Positions 25,454-39,134 of a stretch of 64,000 nucleotides of DNA are shown here, piece by piece. The DNA comes from Bugula neritina. Its lineage: Eukaryota; Animalia; Bryozoa. The notes below the pieces were generated by a model. The model searched no databases, was not told the origin of the DNA, and was given only the letters and a program-made list of their open reading frames with translations. The stretch lies in NCBI GenBank assembly GCA_964035545.1, contig OZ037773.1, forward strand, positions 9,701,751 to 9,765,750, given 5' to 3'. Within the stretch, counting starts at the first letter, position 1; every line of letters starts with the position of its first letter. The position numbers were made by a program, and so were the translations under genes.

Positions 25454-28400
25454 AGACCATGTAAAACTCAGCCAATCAGCAAAGTGTACCAGGTCAATGT
25501 CTTACCATTGTAACTGATATAAAATTCTGCAAGTTCAATTGCAAAATGCATGCTTCTAAAAGCTAGTTGTGCAACTTTTTTTTCATGCATTATTTAATTT
25601 CATATCTTAAATTGATGACTCTTGAAATGATTTTTTAAAATGTCTAAATTGAGTGTTTATAAAATTGCATGTCTAGAAAAATGACCTGGTACACTTTTGC
25701 AACTTAAGGCCAATTATTACATAACTGCCAGCTTAGTAGTTATTTGTTGTTGCAGCTTCAATGGGTTATTGTTTAGCATTGGAAGCTTGCAGTAAACATC
25801 CGTGAATTTGGTACATGACTTTGATTGGCTGGTTTTTGAATGGCCCTTTAGTATATGCATCTGGATGGCTGGTTAGTGTGGACTCCGCCTACATCTAGCT
25901 AATGTACAGTAGCCAATCCACAGTAGTATTACAAAATTTTTGTTTAACAAATGAAATATTCTGGTCATTTGTTTTGTACTTTACAATAGTAAATATTCTA
26001 TTCAACTAGAATTTTATTGTATGTGAGCCATGGGAACTACTAAGAGGTTAAATCAACCACCCATGCTGGTAATATTGTAGCTCGCAGTAATAGCAAGTCC
26101 ACACCGTATAAATATACACATAAGCTATTATGTGCAGCTTATAAATGCTGAAATGACCCCATTTCTTACTTTCAATTTGAAAAAAATTGTATTACATATT
26201 CTGCCACTTCTGCACCAAGAATTTGTTTTCCTTTTAAATTTTGAAAATAGTAGGCAGTTTCTATAGCAGTCAACATCCACAACGTAAGCTTTCAAATAAA
26301 CTATAAATATATGGTAGCATATTGGCTTTGAAAGCTCAGAGGGATGTCCAGCTTCTCTCTTGTTGGAAAAACTATTAGATTGTTTAGTTCTCTTGCTAAA
26401 ATATTTAATGTGTCTTTGAAGGTTTTGCTTGCTAGCAATCTAGAGATATAAAAAAGGCCAGCAAGTATTTGAAACTGTAAACCTTGACGCAGCTTCATCA
26501 AAGCCAATAAAAGTTTATCTTGTCTTGTTAACTTTTTTCTGAGAGTGAGAACTTTCATCTTCAGACATATAAATCTAAATATAGAAAATAAAGAATGAAA
26601 ATTAAATTATGATTCAAATTATAATGTATGTGCTAAATAAATTTTGTGCTTAGTTTGTATTCATTCAGCAGTTTTTACCCTCTGGTAAGTAGCTTCAGTT
26701 ATATTTTGCAACAACTATGAAGTTCAAGAACTGCTAGCTGAAGGCTTGACCCAATATATCACCATCCAAACAGAATGTAATGTGTGTCAACATCTGTTAC
26801 GTAATGCTGTAACAGTACATGGTAAGCTAGTTGTATGAATACATGCTTTGAATGAAGTTATGAGTTTAAACAAATAGTGTTGACAAACAATTATTACTTC
26901 ATTTTATAATTATACTATAACTAATTCAAACCCATATTATTTCTAGAATAGCATTTAATAATGTTTGTGAATAAGTGAAACTAGTAACAAATGTAAACCA
27001 TTTTAGTTTTAAACACTGAGTTAGTTTCAGCTAAAAATTAGATTAGGAGGCCACTTTTGATAAGCTTTAAAATAACCAAGGAAAATTTAAGTCAAAACAA
27101 TTTACTTTTCCTTGAGAAAGTGAGTCAATTTGCCCACAAATAAAATACTGCTGCTTGTTTAAATAAAACCCTAAACTAAATAAGTCAAAGCATACAGATG
27201 ACCACTGTGGTATTTATGAATATCTTACATAAAACAACATCTTTAATAAAAAATGTATGAATGATGTACTCACACTGCAACAAATTTAATTAAAATGACA
27301 GTTTTACTACACATCAAATTTAATCAATGTAGAAATTTTAGCATAGTGAGACTTGCATTGTTTATTTGTAATAAACCATAGTCTATCTTTGCAATAAGAA
27401 AATCATAATTTTCACCTTGCTAAAAAATAGTATAGAGAACGTGTAGGTATTCCAGTATAGAATTTAGTTTGCTCATCTGTAGTGGTGAAAGTTTTAAAAA
27501 CTTTTACTTTTTCAATAGTTGCTTTTTGTTTAAACGTGGAACTTTTTGAGCCTTTTCTTCCAACTTTTGATTTTCATCTATCAATAGAATGTGCAGATCT
27601 TTTTTTCTGAGTAGTTGATGATTCTGGTAACTCAGTTACTTCTGATAAAGTCTGACTATGAGGATGGCTGTCAGATGAGTTCTGTTGCTCTATATCAGCT
27701 GACTCTGTTGATAACGTTTTCTGTTCGCTTCCTTCACATGTTTCATTAAAACCACTGTTTTTTGTTCGTCTTACATTATATGCTTTAGTGCGTTGGTAAC
27801 CCAAATGAAAGGTTGGAGTTGGATTTTGCTCAGTGGGCTGACCATCCTTATGATTATGATAGTCTGCTATGCTCTCTGTAATCTACAGCCACCATTGGTG
27901 ACTGATGAAATTTAGAATTTGAAGTAAAAATGTGTTATTTTTACCTGTGCCATTTTATAGAAATCTATATCTAGCTTTTATAATATAATATTCTTGTAAT
28001 TTTTCATCATAGCAAGAACTAAATTACATTGTTTCCACACTAATATTTCATATATTTATAGTTTATTTGAAAGCTTACATTGTTTATTGTGGATGCAGTT
28101 GACTGCTGCAGAAACTGACTACTATTTTCAAAATTTAAAAGGAAAACAAATTCTTGGTGCAGAAGTGGCAGAATATGTAATACAATTTTTTTCAAATTGA
28201 AAGTAAGAAATGGGGTCATTTCAGCATTTATAAGCTGCACATAATAGCTTATGTGTATATTTATACGGTGTGGACTTGCTATTACTGCGAGCTACAATAT
28301 TACCAGCATGGGTGGTTGATTTAACCTCTTAGTAGTTCCCATGGCTTACATACAATAAAATTCTAGTTGAATAGAATATTTACTATTGTAAAGTACAAAA

Positions 28401-28930
28401 CAAATGACCAGAATATTTCATTTGTTAAACAAAAATTTTGTAATACTACTGTGGATTGGCTACTGTACATTAGCTAGATGTAGGCAGAGTCCACACTACC
28501 CAGCCATCCAGATGCATATACTAAAGGGCCATTCAAAAACCAGCCAATCAAAGTCATGTACCAAATTCACAGATGTTTACTGCAAGCTTCCAATGCTAAA
28601 CAATAACCCATTCAAGCTGCAACAACAAATAACTACTAAGCTGGCAGTTATGTAATAATTGGCCTTAAGTTGCAAAAGTGTACCAGGTCATTTTTCTAGA
28701 CATGCAATTTTTAATTGCGTTTTATAAACACTCAATTTAGACATTTTAAAAAATCATTTCAAGAGTCATCAATTTAAGATATGAAATTAAATAATGCATG
28801 AAAAAAAAGTTGCACAACTAGCTTTTAGAAGCATGCATTTTGCAATTGAACTTGCAGAATTTTATATCAGTTACAATGGTAAGACATTGACCTGGTACAC
28901 TTTGCTGATTGGCTGAGTTTTACATGGTCT
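25454..28930. mobile_element. ISL2EU/PIF-Harbinger-group deletion derivative with ~860-bp TIRs
   Basis: at|AGACCATGTAAAACTCAGCCAATCAGC...GCTGATTGGCTGAGTTTTACATGGTCT|at. Arms 25454-~26313 and ~28049-28930 are near-identical inverted copies and enclose a transposase remnant. Confidence 0.85.
26301..27846 (-). pseudogene. Decayed spliced THAP / HTH_Tnp_4-type transposase fragment (DDE core missing)
   Basis: Exon ~27846-27416 encodes DGQPTEQNPTPTFHLGY (THAP C-terminal-like) and DEQTKFYTGIPT, with an internal stop or frameshift. A GT-AG intron joins it to exon 26574-26301, KLTRQDKLLLALMKLRQGLQFQILAGLFYISRLLASKTF...LIVFPTRE, the HTH motif typical of ISL2EU/IS5-like transposases. It is truncated by the TIR. 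Confidence 0.75.
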
Positions 28931-29014
28931 ATTGAACATCACCATTATCTAAATACCAAATAAATGTTTCATTCATGCTGTAACAATAAAGCAACATGTA
29001 TTGTGAGTTGATGC

Positions 29015-29323
29015 CCAGGTTAAAGATGGCACGATTTTGTAAAATTGACAAAAGCAAAAATGCAAAGGTAATAATAGCACAAGCAACAATGGCACACTTT
29101 CAATATTATGGTTTGAGGTAGGGGGTCTGGTTTAGAATAGAAGTTTGATTTTAGGGTTGGATTCAAGGGTTGGCGACTTGAGTTTCAGGCGGGTGGTTTA
29201 AATTTGGGGTTTGAGAAAGTTTTGCATCAGTTTGCTATTTTTACCTAACTTTCCATTTGTGCCATATCACCTGTGCCATTTTTACCTGTGCCTTTTTTAT
29301 CTGTGCCATTTTTATTTGAAATC
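29015..29323. mobile_element. Small fold-back-like repeat remnant with ~15-bp (TTTTTACCTGTGCCA) subterminal units
   Basis: Tandem CTGTGCCATTTTTAC units at 29260-29323, degenerate inverted ATGGCAC units at 29025-29100, and a G/T-rich TTTAGGGTT-like centre. Related fragments occur near 27940 and 24750. Confidence 0.4.
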
Positions 29324-29414
29324 ATTGCGAGTGATTGGCTAAAAGAACATATGTATGCACTAAAATTCAGTAGTAGAAAATATGTCTTGTCTCATCATGT
29401 GACAGATTGGTAAT

Positions 29415-32390
29415 GGACCATGTAAAACTCAGCCAATCAGCAAAATGTACCAGGTCAATACCCCACCATTATAACTTGAATAAAATTCTGCAAGTTCTGT
29501 TGCAAAATGCATGCCTCTTTATTTCATTTTTTAAATTTATGACAATGTGATGCATTTTTCAAAACATCTAAACTAAGTGTTTATAAAATGCAATTAAAAA
29601 TTGTATGTCTGCAAAAATAACCTGGTACAATTTTGCAGCTTGAGACAAGTTGTTACATAACTCTTACCCCCTGTTCACACCATACTCCGAAACAGCAGAA
29701 ACAAAATGGCAACGCTGTTACATTTTTTCAATGGGTGTTCACACATTGACCCAAAGTACAATGCATGAGGCTGAGTTGTGACCAATCATAATGAGGTTAA
29801 TTCTTGTCCGCCGCGACTTGAACGCCTTCGGATATTATTTACAAATTATTCGCAACACTCTTTTCAAAAGATGTTATGTAAATGCTATTTACTAAATAAA
29901 AGCAATTAAATAAAAAGAATCTCTATTCCTTTCTAAAATAATTGTGCAAACTTATTTAAATAATGAATATTTAAGCCGTCCAAATCAATTTTAAGTTTTT
30001 GTTTGTGTGCTTTTTTGATTAGGGAAAGCTAGATTTTTAAGCTAAGTTTAATTCAAACAAGCCAGATAAAGGATTTTGTAATTTTTTACATTTTTGAATT
30101 AGTTAAATTAAATTAAAAGTAAGCAATTAAAATAAACTAGCGAAATTTTTTTTTAAATTTTAGTACCAATGGGAGCCCGCTGTGAGTTTTTTAATCAAGC
30201 ACTGCTTGATTGACGCTGCAGGTATAACGTGGTACAATTCAGCCTAGATGTTAACAAAGATGGCTAAATATTTGTTCTCTATTATACTAGTATGAATGAC
30301 TATTGTTCCCCAATGTGCCGGCTAGTAATGAGCCACCATATTTTGGTACAGAACTCTGATTAGCTGGGTTTTTGAATGGTTTTCTAATACATACATCTGA
30401 ATGCCTGAATAGTGTACACTCTGTCTACATTTAAGAGGTGCAAGCTACAGGGTAGTATTATACCAACTTTCTGTTTACCAATCTTTTGTTCACAATAGTA
30501 AATAGGCTATTCAGCAAGGATCTTATGGCATGTAAGCCATGGGAACTATCAACCCTATCTGCTGTATATATTTTAGCTTGTAATAGCAAGTCTAGATCAT
30601 AGTGTTACTACCAATATTCTCATATAAACTTATTCAATTTTTTTCAGATAATAAAATCCGTTCTTTGCTCATAGAAAATAACTAGCAATTATTCAATGAT
30701 TTAGCTTTGGTAAACTAACATGTACAGTTTTCAAATGCATTTCTTTTAGACGACCCTATTCTTCAGCTTACCAATACCATAATTTACAGCTTATGCTAAG
30801 TCTGAGTTGGCTGTTTCTGAATCTAAAATACTGTTTGTCTCCTATATTTGGACAATAGTTTAAACTAGTCATTATATTTACTTGCAGGATTTAAAATGCA
30901 CAGTTTAGCACTAATAATATAAGTTTTTTTCCAATGAATTATAAACACACAAATTATTGGTGTAGAGAAATTGCAATTTATGCTGCTTATGATAACATAA
31001 TGTTTTTACATGACCTAATCTCATAGCTTTAAAATGTTGTAAAATTTTTTTTATGAAAGTACTGGACTTCATCAGTTATCGAGGGTGGCTGCAGATTGCA
31101 GAGATCCCAGCAGACAATAGGACTTTCAAGAAATGCTAGCTGAAGGCTTTACCCAATACTTTACCATTCAATCAGAATGTAATGGGTGTGAACATACATT
31201 ACGTAATTTTGTAACTAGGCGTAGTAATCTGGCTGTACAAGACAAGGCTTTGAATAAGTTCATGAATTTAAGCAAATACTTCTGACAAACAACTATTGTT
31301 TTACTTAGTAGCTGGTTTAAACCCATGTAACTATAACAACATTAATTTTAATGAATTTTGTGTTTGAGTGAAGTTAGCAACTGGTATAAAACCATTCTAA
31401 CTTTAAACACTGAAGTATTATCAGGCAATAACTAGTGATGAGGTGGTCACTTTTGATAGGGCTTAAAATGACTAAGAAAAATAAAAAAAATAAAACTAAT
31501 TTACTCCTTCTAAAAAAATTGTAACCAAAAAAGTTTATTCTTTACTGAGTAAAGGATTGTCGCACATTGAATTATAACCTTAACTAAATAAGTCAAGACA
31601 GCAAGTGAACTACTTTAGGTGATAGATGAATACTGTATATAAAACATCTTTTCTAAATATGTAAACTGCTAACCCCTACAAATAAATAATAAATACATAC
31701 AGATGGTTTGATTACTAATTTTTTATGAAATAATTTCAAAGTTTAGGGGAAAGAACCATAAAGGGACAGGTGCATAAACGATATTAGCAGCAGTGATGGT
31801 TGATTGAACCCCTTTAGTAGTTCCCATGGCTTACATGCCATAAGATCCTTGCTGAATAGCCTATTTACCATTGTGAACAAAAGATTGGTAAACAGAAAGT
31901 TGGTATAATACTACCCTGTAGCTTGCACTACTTAAATGTAGACGGAGTGTACAATATTCAGGCATTCAGGTGTATGCATTAGAAGACCATTCAAAAACTC
32001 AGACAATCAAAGTTCTGTACCAAAATCTGGTGGCTCATTATCAGCTAGCATATAGGGGAACAATAATCATTCATACTAGTATAATAGAGAACAAATAAAA
32101 CTAAGAGTTATGTAACAACTGGTCTTAAGCTGCAGAATTGTACCAGGTCATTTTGTAGACAAACAGTTTTTAATTGCATTTTATACACACTTGATTTAGA
32201 TGTTTTGAAAAATACATCAGAGTGTCATAAATTTAAGATATGAAATAAAGTAATGCACTTAAAAAAGTTGCACAACTACTTATTCTAGAAGCATGCATTT
32301 TGCAAATAAACTTGCAGAATTTTATATAAGCTATATTAGTGGGGTATTGAGCTGGTACACTTTGCTGATTGGTTGAGTTTTACATGGTCT
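29415..32390. mobile_element. Second, diverged non-autonomous member of the same ISL2EU-like family
   Basis: at|GGACCATGTAAAACTCAGCCAATCAGC...GCTGATTGGTTGAGTTTTACATGGTCT|at. Long inverted arms (~29415-30550 vs ~31815-32390). Internal ~31130-31650 resembles the intron region ~26730-27240 of the first element. The left arm is interrupted by ~600 bp (29666-30269). Confidence 0.8.
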
Positions 32391-35300
32391 ATTGGTGGTC
32401 AATATTTCAAATTAGTCCTTTTGCTTCTAACTGAGGTAAACTAATAAACTAAAACATTTATTATTTTTGTTGTGTAGGAGTCTATGTATTGCATAGTAAA
32501 TAGTCAAAAATTAAAGAGACATTTTTACTGGGACAGGATTTTGATAGTGCCTTATTTCTATGTTCAAGATCTTAGTTTTTGCTTACTGCTCAGGACATGC
32601 TATATAAGCTATATAACTTGGCTTTAAATGCAGAATCGCAATAATTTCAGTCTATTTGCATGCAATCATGATGGCGAGAACAGTTAGTATAGTATAGTCA
32701 TAAAGAGCTGCGATAGCAGTGATAATGAATGTTGGCCTCCTGTTTTATAGCATAATTGTAAAATGTGGTGTAATGTTGTTTGCTGTTGGTGCTTCTTAGA
32801 CAAATATTTTTAGATAAATGAACCTTCGGAGCTATGGGCCTTCGAAATAACCATACGTCCTGCGGGCCTTTGGATTACTGACTAGTTACAATGCAAGTCT
32901 TGAAATACAATTTGTTAGTTTATGTAACAGAACTGAATATCTTGCAACACAGCTACAGGGAACTGCTCACTTCAAAATATACTGTATTAAATATTTTCTT
33001 AGTTTACATATTTGACTATGAGTTTACTCTACACAGTGTAGTCAAAGACCTGTAACCTATCATATTTTACTATCATATTAAAAAGTGAAACAAACTTGTA
33101 AAACTTTCTATTTATTGGGATTTCAGCTGGTTTCAAAAGCTACGTAGGCCATATTAATATTTCAGCTTATATATTTTATACAACCAAATGTTTGCAGGAA
33201 CCTGGTATATGTTTATCAATGAGTAGTAAACAAGAAGTTTAATGTTTATTCAAATGAAACACTATTACATAATAATATTGTAGGAACCTACTTAAATTTT
33301 AAGACTACATAGGAATAATGCATCAAAGCATAATATTTATAAGAATAATTTACTTAAGATTGAAACAAATATATAGCAGTAACCATTGAAGTATAGTTTA
33401 AGTTCAGTGGCAGTAACTTATAGCTGTTGTTAGTTCCAGTAAAATAAAAGAGCAATGTTTAATAATACTATACTAAGAATATAAACACCAAGAATATATA
33501 TGCATATTTTGCCAATTGGGTATATAATATGCTTTACTTTCCAAGACTACTGGCTTTGGCTGAAACAGTTAAGCTACTATGTACTTGTATAACAATCTTC
33601 AGTGAGGCAGCTAAGCAGCTTGTAGATAACCAGTTTATAGTAGCAAAAAATAAGTATAGCAATTAGCTATTTATAATCATGTTTAACTTTAGACCTGGAC
33701 TTTGAAGGAAATCTGCACTCTCTATTTGTTAATTCTAGACAGCACCCTATTCTAAATAAAGAAAATATTTTAGGTTGACATATAAATAGTTATATATAGT
33801 CAGATAACCCCAAATCCCAAACCTGACTAAGGCATCTTGAAAGCCAATCAGTTAAGCAGTTTTAATAGTTACTCCAGCCTTAAATGCAAATGCAGCTAGT
33901 TCATTCAGGAATGACTTTAGGCACAACAATTCGAGCAATGAGCTATGGACGGTTATGGAGATACAAATTTAGAAACTAACAAACTTTACAAACGTATAAA
34001 AGCCGATAAATCATAGTTTTCTCTATAAGCTAGCATTTTTATATAGCATTGTATTTGTGAGCCTTACATGAAAAGGTATAATCCATGTGATAATCATATG
34101 CTAGTCTAACGGCAGTACTGTATATTTTGTCAAACACAGTTTTAAATGTATATTCATAATTTTAGTTGTACAATATATACCATTGAATTACAAATATATT
34201 ATTCGATGGAGAATCTTTCAGGAGATTCATTGATATATTAAGACTGGTCTAATAATCAGAGAGTACTTTTAAAAATGCTGGTATTGTAAAGTTTTCATGC
34301 AAATCAACCCTGTTACTGAACCCAACCAATGCTATATAATCCCTAATAACAATTCAGACATTATTCCTCTCAATTATTAGCAAATTTACGTATAATTCAT
34401 TTAACCTTTTACCCTTTCAGAGTAATTGCGTTTCATTCCACAGGGCTGCATTATCACAAGACTGCCAAATAGCCAACCCTTCTAAGTTATAAAAACAGTG
34501 AATGTGTACTGCTGGTTAGTATTCTGGTTTTGAATTAAGAGTTATTAGCTGGCTTTGTAGCCTTCTGTTTATTCAGATTTAAGTTCTACAGTGATCTATA
34601 AACTACAGAGGTGCATTTTTTAACGTAGCTTGTATAAATCTTGGAGCAATTTGGCCTCAAACTAAAACTTTAACTTGGTATTGTTTGTACAGTTACTGGG
34701 TGTACCCGCTCAATTAACCTGTGTATAGAACAGTTTAAAAAGACGTAATGCATTTATCTGTGATCTGGAAAGGGTTAGGATGTAAATTCAAACAAGTAAA
34801 TTTAAATGACTCCATAATAAAATCGGTTACACAGCTATTTTTAGATGCATGCAATTTTCAATTGAAATTTCGGAATTTTTGTATGGTGAGATATTGAGAT
34901 GGTAAAAAGATTTCCACTTTCTATTGAAAATAGTTAGGCTGTTGTTGTATATTTTGATATAATTAAAATAAACTGTAACTTTATAAACAAGCCAATCATT
35001 AAAAATCAGGTTTCAATTTTATCTCAAAAGTTGCCAACAAGTTGGAATAATTAGTTCATTAAATCAGTTTGACTCACTATTGGAGTGATTCCCATACTGT
35101 GTGTGCATTAAAATTTCTGTAAAACCAATAGTTATCAACATATTTAATGTATGCCCATTAAGTAATATTTGGTTTAAGCTGCTGGCAAAATTCACGCATC
35201 AACTTAGTAACATCTGTGCTTGCAATGTTAGAATGGAATATATACAAGGTTATTTTGCCAGCATATAAAATTTTTGCCTAAGTTTGATGCAAAATACTTA

Positions 35301-38300
35301 AGTTTCAAAACTTTAGGCATTTGGTAATTTGCAATATTTGTTAAATATATTTTTAATTGGCAACATGTTTTCTAAATTTCTTCGAATAATCAGCACATAA
35401 CCATGACTTTGCACCATGCACTTATTCTTTTTGAAAATGTGATTCTATCTGAAACTTGCTCATAGCTTAGGCCTTAGTGTATACAACTACAAATTTTACT
35501 GGCTATAAATTATAAGCTAGGTTTAAAATGGGTATATGAACAAAGAAATTATTTCAATGTACTCTTAAGAAGTTACTTAGGTGCACAAATAAAGCAGCTG
35601 TAGCATAAAAGAAATAGCTTTCACTGAAAAGATTACATTCAACAAGCCATTGTTTGTGGGTATACAGAGCATTGTCGGCTTTTACTGCAAACTAATACAA
35701 TTTCTAAAGTAACTGGTTGTAGAAAGACTTTCAAAGTGCCCCTCTACAGGGCTTTATCTAAAACTCTGAAAAACATGGAGATTCGCCAAAATACAGGTTA
35801 GACCACTAAACATATATTTGATATCACTTACAAATGTAATAAGTTATCAGAAGCAACTTAATAGAAAATTATAATAATAATGAAGAAGTATATATACTCA
35901 AGTTTATCTTTTGACTATTACTATGATCAGTGAGACTATGGTAACTAGTTATAAGTTAAACTTTAATTTATCATCCTAGTACTACTAGTACTACTATAGG
36001 AGGTGTAACTTAAAGTTAGATTAGTACAACTATATATAAATATATTCAATTTTATTATCTTAGTAGGAATAAGTAGCTTTTAATTTAAAGCTAGAGGACT
36101 GCATTTTCCATGTTGAACTTAATTTTAAACGTTTAAACTCTTTAGAGTTAATAATGTGAGTTGTCCTCTCGGACTGACCGCGCTAGTTGCGGCCATGTTG
36201 AATTACTCTGCCATTTCAAAAATTGTTATTGTAATTGTTCAGCGAAGGAGTGTAGTTTGCCTTAATATTATTTTTCTGTCTTGCCACTTAGTAGAATAGT
36301 TGTATCGCTATATTTATTCAGTATTATTAGTAGGTAGTTGTTTCTTTTTGTACATTAATACTCTAGTTATCTTTAGTCTCTCTAATTTGTAGCTTTTCAG
36401 TTTATTTGCCTACCAGCAAAGTGTTGCTGGTAGGGGGGGGGGGGCTACTAGTTTAGTAGTCAGAGTGTACTGCTTGGCTTGGCTCGTGTGGGGCAAGTCA
36501 AGGTGGCACTTGGTGTGACGCAAGGGTGGTAAGAGGTCACGGAGGCAGCTCGGAGCTGCCATCTATGATAATTGCAAATATTTTTAAACTTATGCTTTAA
36601 ATGAATGTAATGTCAAGTTATTGCAATCGGATGTAGGCTATATAATCCTACATTAATTTTTAAAAGCAACTTATTTGCAAAATTTGTTTTTCATTCAGAA
36701 AAAAGTTTGATTTAATTAGACTTTATACTTTATAGTCTATGTTAATTTCAATATATATATTATTATTGTATTATTTGTAAGTTCACAAACGTTTTTTTTC
36801 AGATAATCCTCTTCACTACTCTCGTTATATTGATTACTCTGATATAGAAAAGCAATTTGACTCTGAAGTTGGAGAGAAAGATGCTAAGTAAACGCTATAA
36901 AGTGCTAATTCTATTCATTACGCAAGTATTTTATATAACATGGAATCAACGTAGCACAAATAAAATGCACATGATGATGCATTTTTATTGATTTTTTAAA
37001 TATACATGCATTTTGCATCTCTTTTATAGGCTATATTTAGGTACAGGTTCTTTTTAAAAGATTGTTGCTTTTTGTTAGATAAAATGTCTGTTGCAGTCTA
37101 TTTCATTTAAATGTGTATATTATTTGTAGGCAAACAAATATCAATTTTCTTCAGGCTCTTATCGCACCTCTGACTACTTGAAGCTAATAAAAAATATCTA
37201 GGCTCGGTATCAACTAAAACTGCATGGGCTGATAGATAAGATTTCAGCAATTTCCAAGTATTTGGGAAGAAGGTAATTTATAATAGTACAAACTATGCCC
37301 ATATTGTAAATTTGTGTAATGCACAAGTTTCACCATGTTTGATTAAATAGTGAGCACAACTCTCAATAATATTATTGTAATGTTGGTGAAGCTACGTACA
37401 ATGCTTAGATTGCTTGCAATTTATAAATATTTATTATGATTACAGTTTTTTAAATTTAAAAACTATTGAAAAATAGTACTTTGCTTTTTTCTCATAGATT
37501 ATTGTAAAATAATTTTCGAGTTGATTGAAAATTTTACATGTTTAAATTGATCATCAAGGCACTTTATTACTGTAATATTTCATTTTTCCATTAAATTACT
37601 TGTGCCATTATTATTAGTTATTACCTATGCCCTTTTAGCCTGTGCCAGTTTCATTAGACAGAGTGCATGATTACCTATTTTGAATTGAAGTTTCCTACCT
37701 TCTTCGCAACATTTGTGCTGGTCATCATTACAGTAAAATTTACAATAAATTTTGGTTGCCTACTTACTTTTTAAAATCGCCTTAAATAACAACTTTGTTA
37801 TAGTCTTTGATTTAATCAAATGTTATGTATACTAATTCGTTATTTGAACATACATACTAAATAAAGGCAATCTTTCATGCTTTTATCTAGATATGCAGGT
37901 TGCACCTTTTCTTTGACAATGCAATTCTGTTTAATTGAACAAAAATCATCAAGTTATGGCATAGTGGTTAGTAGATCATACATAAATTAAAAGTTTCGTA
38001 CCCACTTTATAAAGCTTTATTGGATAAATAACTCCAAATTACTGCTAATTCTTTCTAGAATAATTCAGATTATACTTCATATTGTGTTTATTATAAAACA
38101 AGCAGTATGTGCGTGTAGATTATATCCGTTCATGCATGAATGTCACGACACAGTGATTAATTAATACATGCAATCAGCATAGTTGTGAACAAATTAATAG
38201 TTATTAGATAATTTTAGAAAAAAAAACTTGAATTTGAATTCGGCGCAATTTATTTAACTCTGTGTGTATAATTGCTATTTATTTTTTATTTACTGAAATA

Positions 38301-39134
38301 TTAAATTTGCGACTTGGAGCCAAAGTCACTGATAAAATTTAAAGAAGGTTAATTAAAATGACAGTATAACCTACATCAAATTGAAATTGTTTAATCATCT
38401 CCATAAATTTTATTCCTCAAATTATTCCAAGTTGCTGATTTTGCTCCAAGCAAGTAGTTTATATAATATAGAAATTTTATAGCTCTAATACTGTACACAT
38501 GCATAATTAATGTTTTCATGAACATAGTTATGCATTTTGCACCTAACTCCTTCAACCTATATCATTATAGTTTTTTCCAAAATATTCCTTTTTTGCCAGA
38601 AACTAGTTTGTTAAAATCTATTTTAATTATTAGTTTAATCTGTGCATATTTTATTATTTGTAGGCTAAAAATAATAATTTCCCTTGAGCCATTCTCACAC
38701 CTGTGATTACTTGATAAGAAAATTACCCAGGCTGTGCATCAAGAAGAACCAATCTATACCTTGCTTACATTGAATGTTAGGAGTTCAGCTATTTCCATGT
38801 ACTTGGCTATTCGGGTAAATTTATGGTCATACCAATGAAGTTATCTGTAATTTACACACTGTATATGAGGGAATGCACAGGTGCCACTATGTGAACTTAT
38901 TGATAGGTTGGTGAGCACAACTCTGATTATTTGAAGCTTGTAATGTTTGAAAGGAGTATTTAATATTATATCACCTCTTGCCTTATAATATTGACCAAAC
39001 TTTTCAAAAAGTTTATAGTTTCAGTTTATAAATAAAAATAAATAAGTTATGCACTGATAATATTATATACAAAGTTAGGTCATTATATCAATAATTGTTT
39101 GAAAAGTGTAATATTTAGCAGTTTAAAGTAAGTT

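Noticed and set aside
28040-28655. ORFs inside the TIR of the ISL2EU-like element
   Set aside because: The inverted copy in the other arm has stop-creating differences and no domain is recognisable.
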